The translations under genes and the position numbers were made by a program. From contig JAUMZN010000001.1 in NCBI GenBank assembly GCA_030528085.1, positions 1 through 56,555 on the forward strand: a stretch of 56,555 nucleotides of DNA, read 5' to 3'. This document shows positions 28,900 through 38,654 of this stretch, one piece after another. Numbering within the stretch: position 1 is the stretch's first letter; each line of letters opens with the position of its first letter. Below the pieces are notes generated by a model. The model was given only the letters and a program-made list of their open reading frames with translations, did not search any database and had not been told where the DNA came from. Source of the stretch: Erysipelotrichaceae bacterium. GTDB lineage: Bacteria; Bacillota_I; Bacilli_A; Erysipelotrichales; Erysipelotrichaceae.

Positions 28900-28952
28900 T
28901 TGACAAGTATACTTGGCAAGAGATATATTAAATGTGCCAATAAAACTTGGCA
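28900..28952 (+). promoter_or_regulatory. Promoter with twin TG(A/C)CAA-N6-TTGGCA operators
   Basis: TTGACA 28900-05, TATATT 28924-29; palindromes at 28901-18 and 28935-52. Confidence 0.65.
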
Positions 28953-28964
28953 AAGAGAGGTTGT

Positions 28965-29294
28965 ATGAACAAAGAAGAAATTTTATTAGCAAGCCGTAAT
29001 GAACATAAAGATAAAGATTTAGTTGAAATTGAAGTAGGCAACAAAGCTGGACGATATGCTTTAAGAGTTGGGGCAACAGTGTGCTGTGTGATTTCGCTGC
29101 TTTCGCTTTGGATTGCGGATGTCTTTATTTATGGTCCTTGGGTCATTTATTTTAGTTTGTTGGCGACGAATTGGTTTGTGCGCCATAAAGAGATGAAGAC
29201 CAGAAGTGATCTTGTTTTATCCATTACATTTTTCTCGATGACGCTCGCTACTTTAGCTGGATTTGTCGCACGTTTAATTGAGGTGGCGGCATGA
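28965..29294 (+). CDS. Small membrane protein (DUF6442-like)
   Basis: MNKEEIL..SR.E start followed by three hydrophobic segments; coupled to the XRE gene. Confidence 0.65.
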   Translation: MNKEEILLASRNEHKDKDLVEIEVGNKAGRYALRVGATVCCVISLLSLWIADVFIYGPWVIYFSLLATNWFVRHKEMKTRSDLVLSITFFSMTLATLAGFVARLIEVAA

Positions 29295-29497
29295 ATGAGG
29301 AATTGGTTTTAAAAAATCATTTAAAAGAAATCCGCATGGAGGCCAATCTTTCGCAAGCACAACTTGCCAAAATGGTTGGGGTATCGAGAAATACGATTAG
29401 TTCCATTGAAACGGGACAATTCAATCCAACAGCCAAATTAGCCTTGGTGATTTGCATCGCATTGGATAAGAAATTTGAAGACTTGTTTTATTTTTAG
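29291..29497 (+). CDS. XRE/Cro-C1 HTH transcriptional regulator
   Basis: LSQAQLAKMVGVSRNTISSIETGQFNP. Confidence 0.92.
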   Translation: MNEELVLKNHLKEIRMEANLSQAQLAKMVGVSRNTISSIETGQFNPTAKLALVICIALDKKFEDLFYF

Positions 29498-29506
29498 GAG
29501 GATTAT

Positions 29507-29809
29507 ATGGGAGATTTAGGATTACTCATTATTGGAGTGTTCATCATCATCATTGGCATCACGAATATGACAGGGAATATAAGTACAATTCACGGGTATA
29601 ATCGCCGCAAAGTAACTGAAGATGATCGTCCACGATATGGAAAAGTGATGGGGTTTGGAACAGTTGTGATTGGGCTAGGACTTGTATTGGCTTATGTCAT
29701 GACGTTCTGGAATCACGAGTACGTGCAATATATTTTGATTTCATCTTGTGTGATTGGTCTATGCTTAATGCTTTATGCGCAGATGAAATACAACAAAGGA
29801 ATCTTTTAA
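29507..29809 (+). CDS. Small three-TM membrane protein, unknown function
   Basis: AGGAGG SD, three hydrophobic segments, followed by a terminator at 29808-29842. Confidence 0.75.
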   Translation: MGDLGLLIIGVFIIIIGITNMTGNISTIHGYNRRKVTEDDRPRYGKVMGFGTVVIGLGLVLAYVMTFWNHEYVQYILISSCVIGLCLMLYAQMKYNKGIF

Positions 29810-30039
29810 AAAGTTTTGCGTCTAATCGCGCAAAACTTTTTTAATGAGTTATGAAGGAATGGAGATTATAAGTATAGTTCTAAATAAGAGTTTTTTGGCC
29901 AATCTCGTTTTTTTGAAAAGATTCAATTTATGTCGAAAAAGGAAAATAGGTTTAGTTATAGCGAATATAAAAAGTAGCGAACAATCCAGAAAAGGGATCT
30001 TTCGCTACTTAGTGCTTTTTAAAATTGTTTGTTGAATAT

Positions 30040-30711
30040 TTATTCAATATTGGCTTCATTGTCTTTTGCGATTTTCCAGGTTGCAAAAATATCGACAATC
30101 AATTGGACGATAATTACTGCTAACACCCATAAAAAGCAATGTAATCCGTTAGTCATAAAACAGATCAGCAAAATGACAATGCCGGTCACGATAAATGAAT
30201 AGCCACCAAATATTTGGCTTTTTAACCAAGTGATTTCGTTTTTCATACTCCATTGCGTTCGTAAACCAAGGTAATGATTCATCTTTACTTTAGGCATTTT
30301 CTGACCTAGAAAGATCAATCCAAATCCGAGTGAGCCGAAAATGAGTTGGTAGAGATCGATCGGGACAGAATTCAAATTGGCAATGGATTTGAAGTCTGTA
30401 TAGAGAAAAAATAAAGTCATGACATTAAATACAAGCAATGCGACAATCCCTGCCAATAAGCAGACCTCTTCGTTTTGTTGGCCATTTTCCAGATGATTTG
30501 AACTCAACTTGGCGATTCCAAGCAAAAATAATCCAATAAAAAGGGCTACACAAGGAAAAAACAAAGTTTCATATTTTGATCCCCAGCGCGTCACTTCATT
30601 GTTCAAGTTATAATGCGCAGGAATTTGTTTGGGTAAAAACGGTAGCGTAAGGCAGACAATGATCAAAGGGAAAACCATCAAAATAAAATAGATCATTTTT
30701 TTCTTTTTCAT
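30040..30711 (-). CDS. SdpI/YhfL family membrane protein (DUF1648 + SdpI)
   Basis: LP.QIPAHY......RWGSK and N...GLRT.WS......W motifs. Confidence 0.85.
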   Translation of the reverse strand: MKKKKMIYFILMVFPLIIVCLTLPFLPKQIPAHYNLNNEVTRWGSKYETLFFPCVALFIGLFLLGIAKLSSNHLENGQQNEEVCLLAGIVALLVFNVMTLFFLYTDFKSIANLNSVPIDLYQLIFGSLGFGLIFLGQKMPKVKMNHYLGLRTQWSMKNEITWLKSQIFGGYSFIVTGIVILLICFMTNGLHCFLWVLAVIIVQLIVDIFATWKIAKDNEANIE

Positions 30712-30994
30712 ACTGCACTTCCTTTCTGTTCATGATTATCATTATTATAAATTAATACGATAAAAGAATCGAATAATATAGAAGTCATCAATAGGACTTT
30801 AAGATTCAATTTTAGATCGTGATTGTGGATGAATTAAAAAGAGAGTTGGAATGGATTCTCTTTTGAAAATGCATCTAGATCGAATCCTACAAGCAAAAGT
30901 TTATAAATCGTGATACCATCTTAAGGAATTATGGAAAAAAGAATTCGTTGAGAAGATAAACTCAATGTGAATATTTGAGAAATTGGAGGGAAAG

Positions 30995-32008
30995 ATGGCA
31001 AAAGTAAGTATTATTGTTCCTTGTCATAACGAACAAGAAATGATTCCCATCCTATATGAGGCGTTAGATCAAGAATCCAAACATTTAAGTGATTATGACT
31101 TTGAATTTTTGTTGGTGGACGATGGATCTAAAGATCGAACGATGGAAGAGATTCGAAAAGTTGCCGCAAAAGATCCTAGGGTGCACTACATTTCATTTTC
31201 GAGAAACTTTGGAAAAGAAGGTGCAATGTATGCAGGATTAAAAAATGCACAAGGCGATTATTGCGTGATTATGGATGCGGATTTACAAGATCCGCCAGCG
31301 CTTTTAAAACAGATGATCGATGCGATCGAAATTGAAGGATATGACTCTTGTGCGACTAGACGCGTGACAAGAGCTGGAGAGCCGCCGATTCGCTCTTTTT
31401 TTGCGCGTCAATTTTATAAGTTGATGAATAAAGCATCAGATGTCGATATGGTGGATGGTGCCCGTGATTATCGAATGATGACCCGCCCATTTGTGAATGC
31501 CATTTTACAAATGGGCGAATATAATCGCTTTTCTAAAGGAATATTCGGCTGGGTTGGCTTTAAGACAAAATGGTTAGAATATGAAAACATTGAACGTGTC
31601 GCTGGAGAAACGAAGTGGTCGTTTTGGAAATTGTTCAAATATGCGATTAGCGGCATTGTTTCTTTCTCGACTGTTCCTTTACAATTTGCGTCCGCATTTG
31701 GAATGTTGTTGTCGGCTGTTTCCTTCTTTGCGATTTTGTTTATCGTCATTCGCAAATTGATGTTTGGTGATCCTGTTGCGGGCTGGCCAAGTACGATTTG
31801 TATCATTATGTTGATTGGCGGAATTCAATTGTTGTCAATTGGAATTTTGGGACAATACGTATCGAGAACGTATATGGAAGTTAAAGAACGTCCAATCTAC
31901 TTATGCCGTGAGGCAAACTTTGTTTTAAAAGACGAAAAACAAATGCCGCTCACTACAGCAGCAGTTCAAAAAGAAAATCATAACGATTCTGGTGGAGGAA
32001 GAGGATGA
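30995..32008 (+). CDS. GT2 polyprenol-phosphate glycosyltransferase (GtrB/YkoT-like)
   Basis: IIVPCHNE, VDDGSKD, SRNFGKE, MDADLQDPP, two C-terminal TMs. Confidence 0.92.
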   Translation: MAKVSIIVPCHNEQEMIPILYEALDQESKHLSDYDFEFLLVDDGSKDRTMEEIRKVAAKDPRVHYISFSRNFGKEGAMYAGLKNAQGDYCVIMDADLQDPPALLKQMIDAIEIEGYDSCATRRVTRAGEPPIRSFFARQFYKLMNKASDVDMVDGARDYRMMTRPFVNAILQMGEYNRFSKGIFGWVGFKTKWLEYENIERVAGETKWSFWKLFKYAISGIVSFSTVPLQFASAFGMLLSAVSFFAILFIVIRKLMFGDPVAGWPSTICIIMLIGGIQLLSIGILGQYVSRTYMEVKERPIYLCREANFVLKDEKQMPLTTAAVQKENHNDSGGGRG

Positions 32009-32778
32009 GACTTTTAACTTGGAATATTAATGGTTATCGTGCAATCCAGAAAAAAGGGTTGGAAGATATTTTAGGCATGCTCGATTTAAGTGTTGCTTGT
32101 TTTCAAGAAATTAAAGCTTTGCCTGAACAAATTGAAATGGATCCTTATTTATTTGATCAAGTGTTCATCAACTCCGCAAAACGCAAAGGCTATTCGGGAA
32201 CGATGGTCGCAAGCATCATTCAACCAAAACAAGTCATTTATGGTTTAGGTGTTGAAGAATTAGATCAAGAAGGACGTGTGATTACAGTCATCTTTGATGG
32301 CTTTGCGCTCGTGACGGTGTATACCCCAAATGCTCAAGAAGGATTAAAACGCATTGAGTTTCGTCAACAATGGGACAAAGCGTTTTCTGATCACTTGCGC
32401 CGCTTGTCTTGCCCAGTTTTAGTTTGTGGAGATTTTAACGTCGCAAGAACAGAATTGGATCTTTATAGTGAAGCGGCAGGGAAAAATAGCCCAGGATATT
32501 CAGTTCAAGAACGTCATGGATTTGAAACGTATTTAATGCCTTATTTCAAAGATGTGTTCCGTGAACTTCATCCCAATACCCGCCAATATACGTGGTGGTC
32601 GTATTACAGTAGGGCAAGAGAGCGCAATGAAGGATGGCGAATTGATTATTGGCTCGCTTCACCGGAACTAATGCCTTATATTCGTGAAATTACGATTTTA
32701 GATGATATTTATGGCAGTGATCATTGCCCAATTTTACTCGACTTTGATGAAGCTGCATTCAAAAAAGCAAATCACTAA
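32005..32778 (+). CDS. xth: Exodeoxyribonuclease III / AP endonuclease
   Basis: TWNING, QEIK, GYSG, EGRV, YTPN, GDFNV, YTWWSY, GWRIDY, GSDHCP. Confidence 0.95.
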   Translation: MRLLTWNINGYRAIQKKGLEDILGMLDLSVACFQEIKALPEQIEMDPYLFDQVFINSAKRKGYSGTMVASIIQPKQVIYGLGVEELDQEGRVITVIFDGFALVTVYTPNAQEGLKRIEFRQQWDKAFSDHLRRLSCPVLVCGDFNVARTELDLYSEAAGKNSPGYSVQERHGFETYLMPYFKDVFRELHPNTRQYTWWSYYSRARERNEGWRIDYWLASPELMPYIREITILDDIYGSDHCPILLDFDEAAFKKANH

Positions 32779-32854
32779 CAAGCTTTCTCATGCATGATCG
32801 GAAAGATAAAAATAACCCGATGGAATCGACTTACGAGTCATCCATCGGGTTTGT

Positions 32855-34093
32855 TTATTGAAGCATTTTTCCTTCCATATAGAAGCGTTTTTCTTGGGCA
32901 TGACCCATCGAAAATGTTTTTCTTGGCAATGAGCCATCTTGTTGGATCGTTTCAAACAAAGAGTCTTTATCAATTGTAGGCAAGTAAAAGCCAATACTAT
33001 TGGGCGCTGCACAAAGCAAGGCGAGTTCTAGTTCACCATGAATATAGTCAATGACACCGGCATGGTCGGCTAAATATTCATCTAAATATTTTTGGAGAAC
33101 CGCTAATGGAAGTGGGGATACATTTGGATCGAGATATAACGTGCCATGGCCTTGCGCACTGATATAGTTAATCGCATAGCCTTTGTCTTTATCCACTTGC
33201 GGAATGCTCGCAAGTAGTGCGGTCACATCGACATCTTTGATAAAGCGATGAATCGGCTCAAATTTTTGTGCGGGATGTTGGAGGTTTTCTAATTCCGCTA
33301 AGGCAAAACGAGCGGGGTGTGTTTGGCACATGTTTTTATCTAATGTTGGTTTGAGTTGATCCCAAATCGTTCTTGCAGCGGCTAAAGAATGGTTGCCATC
33401 GCCAATCGCATAAAATAGAGGATGTTCTCCTTGATTTTGTTGGCAACGCATTTGATAAGCTTCTAATAAATCTTCAACTCTTTCTTTATTTGGCCCTGTA
33501 ATTAAATAACCTTTAATATGACCGCCATTGGCCATTAAGTCTAAATCGTAAAGCAGTTTAAAGTGTTCTTTATTTTGCGCTATGTTTTGAAAGAGCTCAT
33601 CTTGCGTATCGTTTTGCAGAAGCAAAATATGCGGAAATTCGAGAATTGCATCTTGGCGAATTTGGGCACGAGCAGGGATGCGCTCTAAAATTGTCGCTTC
33701 TGTTGCGCGAATGGGAGCAGTTGATGGGCAATGGTAATCATAAGCCTCGAGATCAAGAGCACCAACGAGGCCTTGGCGAATCATGCCATTGGTGAGTGTT
33801 CGTTCGACATAAACGAAGGAGTTGGGAAATAGTTGGAAGATTTTTTCGTTTAAGTATTTATCCATCGTTGGGCGAATATTTTGTTGGTGTTCTTGTTCTT
33901 TGGGCGTATTTAGCCAAGCTTCTGGCAGCACGAGATGAAACGTACTATAAAGATTTTTGACTTGCGCTTCGATGCGATCCCAATAAGCAGGTTCACTTGA
34001 GTATTGATCACAAGCGACAACAGCCCATTTGTCTAAGTATTGGGGTTTAGGTAATAAGATATCAGCACTTTTAAAAATCTTCATAGAGTTCAC
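32855..34093 (-). CDS. DUF1015 family protein
   Basis: KWAVVACDQY, IRATE, IGDGNHSLA, LPRKTFSMG; third gene of the serC-serA operon. Confidence 0.85.
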   Translation of the reverse strand: MNSMKIFKSADILLPKPQYLDKWAVVACDQYSSEPAYWDRIEAQVKNLYSTFHLVLPEAWLNTPKEQEHQQNIRPTMDKYLNEKIFQLFPNSFVYVERTLTNGMIRQGLVGALDLEAYDYHCPSTAPIRATEATILERIPARAQIRQDAILEFPHILLLQNDTQDELFQNIAQNKEHFKLLYDLDLMANGGHIKGYLITGPNKERVEDLLEAYQMRCQQNQGEHPLFYAIGDGNHSLAAARTIWDQLKPTLDKNMCQTHPARFALAELENLQHPAQKFEPIHRFIKDVDVTALLASIPQVDKDKGYAINYISAQGHGTLYLDPNVSPLPLAVLQKYLDEYLADHAGVIDYIHGELELALLCAAPNSIGFYLPTIDKDSLFETIQQDGSLPRKTFSMGHAQEKRFYMEGKMLQ

Positions 34094-34101
34094 AAACTTT
34101 C

Positions 34102-35265
34102 TTATTTTTTGAATAAGTTGACGCGCATGACTTGTTGGAGCTTCGCAATTGCGTCTAAAGATTCTTGAGCTGGAGCAGTGTCCATATCCAAGATCGTATA
34201 AGCGATATTGCCGCGAGATTTATTCATTAAGTTTTCGATATTGGCGTCATCTTTAGATAGGATGTCAGTAATTCTCGATAACATTTTTGGTGTATTCGTA
34301 TGGATGACACCGACGCGATATGGAGAGCGCATATCTAAAGAAATGTTTGGCATATTGACGGAATTGATAATATTTCCTTCTTCTAAATAAGCACGAATTT
34401 CTTTTGCGGCAGCTACTGCGCAGTTTTCTTCAGATTCTTCAGAACTTGCACCTAAGTGAGGCAAGGCGATGACTTTATCGTGGCCAGCTAATTTGCCATC
34501 AGGGAAGTCGGTTACATATAAAGCGACTTTTCCAGAATCTAATGCTTCTAAAATGGCATCATCATCGACTAATCCACCGCGGGCAAAGTTCAAGATTTTT
34601 ACGCCATCTTTCATATGAGAGATCGCTTCTTTGTTGATTAAACCTTTTGTGGAATCTAATAAAGGCAAATGTAAAGAAATGAAATCAGAATTAGCAAATA
34701 TGTCGTTTAAATCAACTTTATGTTCAACCCAACGGCTTAGTTTCCAAGCAGAATCAACGGATAAATAAGGGTCATATCCTAAAACGTTCATATCCAAATG
34801 CAAAGCGGTATTCGCAACTTTGCTACCGATAGCACCTAGACCAACAACACCGAGTGTTTTGCCGGCAATTTCGTTTCCTGCATATTTCTTTTTCTGTTTT
34901 TCAACATCTTTAGTCAGCGTTTCGCTGCCTTTTTGCGTGTTGACCCATTCAATGCCATGATAAAGATCACGGCTTGCTAATAATAAACCGGCAATGACGA
35001 GTTCTTTGACCGCATTGGCATTAGCACCTGGGGTATTAAAGACAACGATTCCACGTTCTGTGCAGGCATCTAAATCGATATTATTGACACCAGCACCAGC
35101 ACGAGCGATCGCTTTTAAGTTTTCTTGATATGGATATTCATGCAAATCAGCAGACCGGACGATGATCGCATCTGGGTTTTCAGCTTTTTCTTCGTATTGA
35201 TAATTTTCATCGAACACCGCCAAACCTTTTGGGGCGATGACGTTCATTAAAGAAATTTTATTCAT
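34102..35265 (-). CDS. serA: D-3-phosphoglycerate dehydrogenase with ACT domain
   Basis: ARAGAGVNNI, NTPGANANAV.E, GLGAIG, NFARG, PHLGAS, C-terminal ACT. Confidence 0.93.
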   Translation of the reverse strand: MNKISLMNVIAPKGLAVFDENYQYEEKAENPDAIIVRSADLHEYPYQENLKAIARAGAGVNNIDLDACTERGIVVFNTPGANANAVKELVIAGLLLASRDLYHGIEWVNTQKGSETLTKDVEKQKKKYAGNEIAGKTLGVVGLGAIGSKVANTALHLDMNVLGYDPYLSVDSAWKLSRWVEHKVDLNDIFANSDFISLHLPLLDSTKGLINKEAISHMKDGVKILNFARGGLVDDDAILEALDSGKVALYVTDFPDGKLAGHDKVIALPHLGASSEESEENCAVAAAKEIRAYLEEGNIINSVNMPNISLDMRSPYRVGVIHTNTPKMLSRITDILSKDDANIENLMNKSRGNIAYTILDMDTAPAQESLDAIAKLQQVMRVNLFKK

Positions 35266-36347
35266 TAGGCATTTTCCTCTTCAAATTTTTTCATGAAATC
35301 AACGAGTGCTTGGACACCTTCTAAAGGCATCGCATTGTAAATGGAAGCACGCATACCGCCAACAGAGCGGTGACCTTTAATATTCACAAAGCCAGCTTCT
35401 TTCGCTTCGGCAATAAATTTTTTATCTAAATCTGGGTTGCCCGTCACAAATGGGATATTGACGTAAGAACGATCTTCTTTAGCGACTGGGTTAGAGAATA
35501 ATTTAGATTGATCCAAATAGCCGTAAAGCAGAGCTGCTTTTTGATGGTTGATTTTTTCCATTTGCGCTAAGCCGCCGATTTCTTCTTCTAGCCATTTGCA
35601 GACAAGTCCAACCATATAAATTCCATAAGTAGGTGGCGTGTTGTACATCGAATCGTTGTCGACATAAGTTTTGTAGTCGAGCATTGCGGATGGAATATCA
35701 TCGCGCTGTTCGTTTAATAAATCTTTTTTAATAAAGACGATTGTGACACCAGCAGGACCGAGGTTTTTCTGTGCTCCCGCAAAGATCATGTCGTATTTTG
35801 TGACATCGAGTGGTTCTGTAAAGATGCAGCTCGATAAATCCGCAATTAAACGTTTTCCTTCATGAGGAGGCAATTGTTTATATTTTGTTCCGTAAATCGT
35901 GTTGTTTTCGCAAATATAAACGTAATCCGTATCTGGATCGAGATCATCTTGGGTGATTTTTGGAATATAAGAGAACGTTGCATCGCTGCTGTCGCCGGCA
36001 ATGTGAACGCGTCCTAGTTTTTCAGTTTCTTTGATTGCTTTTTTAGTCCATTGACCTGTGTTGATAATATCAGCGCCATGTTTGTTGAAGTTCATTGGCA
36101 CCATAGAGAACTGCAAGTTGCCGCCGCCTTGTAAAAACAGAATTTCATAATCTTCTGGGATGTTGGCTAAACGGCGCATCGTATCTTTAGTATCTTTGAG
36201 GATGGATTCAAAATCGTAAGATCGATGTGACATTTCCATTACGCTCATTCCTGATCCATTTGCGTTGAGCATTTCTTCAGCTGCTTTTTTCAAAACTGAT
36301 TCTGGCATACAGGCAGGTCCTGCAGAAAAGTTGTAAATCTTACTCAT
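35265..36347 (-). CDS. serC: Phosphoserine aminotransferase
   Basis: YNFSAGPA, EMSHRS, AGAQKNLGPAG, NTPP, GHRSVGGMRASIYNA. ATG 36347 follows AGGAG. Confidence 0.97.
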   Translation of the reverse strand: MSKIYNFSAGPACMPESVLKKAAEEMLNANGSGMSVMEMSHRSYDFESILKDTKDTMRRLANIPEDYEILFLQGGGNLQFSMVPMNFNKHGADIINTGQWTKKAIKETEKLGRVHIAGDSSDATFSYIPKITQDDLDPDTDYVYICENNTIYGTKYKQLPPHEGKRLIADLSSCIFTEPLDVTKYDMIFAGAQKNLGPAGVTIVFIKKDLLNEQRDDIPSAMLDYKTYVDNDSMYNTPPTYGIYMVGLVCKWLEEEIGGLAQMEKINHQKAALLYGYLDQSKLFSNPVAKEDRSYVNIPFVTGNPDLDKKFIAEAKEAGFVNIKGHRSVGGMRASIYNAMPLEGVQALVDFMKKFEEENA

Positions 36348-36731
36348 TGTTTTATCTCCTATCATATGTAAATGTGTATTACTGTTCAGAAATCGTCGAC
36401 GATTGAATTCAAATCTTAGACATTTCTGAATGTAATACAAAAGTTATATCACTCAACTTAAAAAACCATTGAATAAATAGACTCATTTGTCAAAAATTGT
36501 ACAAGAAGAGTTCGAAAAATAGAGAAAAATGGAAATTCGCTTACACAAAAATATGAAAATTCATGAAAATAAATGGAAATGAGTCTCACAAACTCTTTGA
36601 GCGTTTATGCGTTTGATTTGTTATAATCGATGAATAGCGAATTGTTTAATCGCAAGAAAAGACATCCAATCTTATTTTGATCCATACAATAGAGTGAAAG
36701 GACAAAATGAACGGAAAAGGGAGTTTAAGCC

Positions 36732-37328
36732 ATGATCGCTTATTTATCAGGAACAGTACTGACAAAGCGCAAAGATCGCATTGTGCTTTTAGTTGGTCAA
36801 GTTGGTTATGATGTTTATGTCAATCGACCATCTAAATATCAACGCAATGAACAAGTGGAATTATTGACTTACCATCAATTCAAAGAAGATGGTCAATATT
36901 TATACGGCTTTGAAACAGAAGAGGAATACGAATTATTTACTTCTTTAATTCAAGTCAAAGGCTTAGGCTGCAAAAGTGTCTTGAATATGCTTGGCGCAAT
37001 GGATTGTCAAACGATCATTGCGGCAATTGAAAAAGAAGATACGGGAACACTTAAAAAACTACCTGGAATTGGTGCAAAAACGGCAGGACAAATGATCTTG
37101 GATTTAAAAGGAAAGATCATGGTTGAAACCAAATTGCCAAAACAAGGTCAAGATAAAATGGCTGATTTGCCAATTTGGGATGAAGTCACTGAAGCATTGT
37201 TAACTCTAGGTTATAAGCAGGCGGAGATTAACGCGATTGAACTTAGCGCAGATCAGCTTGAACAAAGCACGGTAAACGATCTGCTTCGTCATTGCTTAAA
37301 AATTCTTGCTAAAAATAAACGTTTTTAA
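36732..37328 (+). CDS. ruvA: Holliday junction branch migration protein RuvA
   Basis: MIAYL.G, VGY, LYGF, HhH VKGLG and LPGIGAKTA, AL..LGY. Confidence 0.95.
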   Translation: MIAYLSGTVLTKRKDRIVLLVGQVGYDVYVNRPSKYQRNEQVELLTYHQFKEDGQYLYGFETEEEYELFTSLIQVKGLGCKSVLNMLGAMDCQTIIAAIEKEDTGTLKKLPGIGAKTAGQMILDLKGKIMVETKLPKQGQDKMADLPIWDEVTEALLTLGYKQAEINAIELSADQLEQSTVNDLLRHCLKILAKNKRF

Positions 37329-37375
37329 TCACAATTAATCATTAAAGGAAATATCGAAAAGAAAGGAAGGCGGAC

Positions 37376-38422
37376 ATGGCAGAAGAGCGGATCTTAGATG
37401 CACAAAAAAGCGAGTTTGAAGGGGACGATAGCGAACAGGCAATTCGTCCGCAATCACTCAAAGAATATATTGGCCAAGATGCATTAAAAGCGAATTTAAA
37501 TGTATACATACAAGCTGCGCGTTCACGCAATGAAGTCTTGGATCACGTCTTATTATATGGACCTCCAGGACTTGGGAAAACGACATTAGCCATGATTATT
37601 GCCAATGAAATGAAAGGCAATCTCGTCACAGCAAGTGGTCCAGCGATACAGCGCAGCGGTGATCTAGCAGCGATTTTATCGACTTTAGAAGCAGGCGATG
37701 TTTTATTTATCGATGAAATCCACCGTATTCCTAGACAAATTGAAGAAATACTCTATCCAGCGATGGAAGATTTCTTTTTGGATATCGTAGTTGGAAAAGA
37801 AGGAACAACAGCCCATTCGATCCGTTTGCCTTTGCCGCCATTTACGCTCGTTGGCGCAACGACAAGAGCAGGGGATTTATCCGCTCCACTTCGCGATCGC
37901 TTTGGGATTGTCTCGGCTTTAGAGTTTTATACAACTTCAGAATTAGAAAAAATCGTTTCCAGAACGGCATCTATTTTAGGTTGCGAAATGGAAGATGAAG
38001 CAGTTCATGAAGTCGCATTGCGTTCACGCGGAACACCACGTATTGCCAATCGCATGTTGCGGCGAATTCGCGACTTTGCGCAAGTGTATAACGATGGATT
38101 AGTCACCAAAGAAGTTGCTCAAGACTCTTTAAAACGATTAAGCATCGATGAACTTGGCTTAGATCAAGTGGACCGTAAATTTTTAGAAGGCATCATTTAC
38201 CGTTTTAATGGCGGACCAGTTGGCCTTGAATCTCTAGCAAGCTCAATTGGTGAAGATGCGACGACTTTAGAAGATATGTACGAACCATATTTATTACAAA
38301 TTGGTTTAATCAATCGCACACCACGCGGGCGCATGGTAACGGCAAAAGCTTATCAACATTTAAATATTCCGGTTCCTGAATCGTATGCCCAATCGATCAA
38401 CAATCCAGAAGATCAAAACTAA
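37376..38422 (+). CDS. ruvB: Holliday junction ATPase RuvB
   Basis: RP...[41 protein letters not shown]. Confidence 0.98.
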   Translation: MAEERILDAQKSEFEGDDSEQAIRPQSLKEYIGQDALKANLNVYIQAARSRNEVLDHVLLYGPPGLGKTTLAMIIANEMKGNLVTASGPAIQRSGDLAAILSTLEAGDVLFIDEIHRIPRQIEEILYPAMEDFFLDIVVGKEGTTAHSIRLPLPPFTLVGATTRAGDLSAPLRDRFGIVSALEFYTTSELEKIVSRTASILGCEMEDEAVHEVALRSRGTPRIANRMLRRIRDFAQVYNDGLVTKEVAQDSLKRLSIDELGLDQVDRKFLEGIIYRFNGGPVGLESLASSIGEDATTLEDMYEPYLLQIGLINRTPRGRMVTAKAYQHLNIPVPESYAQSINNPEDQN

Positions 38423-38654
38423 ACACATTAAGAATTGGTTTGTCGATCTTAATGATGATCGTTTTTGATCAATATATATGAGTTAAAAAATAGGCGAGAA
38501 ATTGAGTGGAATTCAATCTTCGTTTTGAAGAAGTTGAATCTATTCATATTCTCGCCTTTATTGTTTGTTTTGTTTAAGAGTTCTAGGCAAAGATGAAGGA
38601 AAAGAAAATAAAATGAAATTTGAATGAAATGCAGAGTTCTTTATAATGAGAAGT

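Noticed and set aside
29844-30035. 63-aa ORF
   Set aside because: Lies between two convergent terminators, has no SD and crosses a hairpin.
38492-38557. Long imperfect hairpin after ruvB as an sRNA
   Set aside because: Adequately explained as a long-stem terminator, like those after apt and dnaE.
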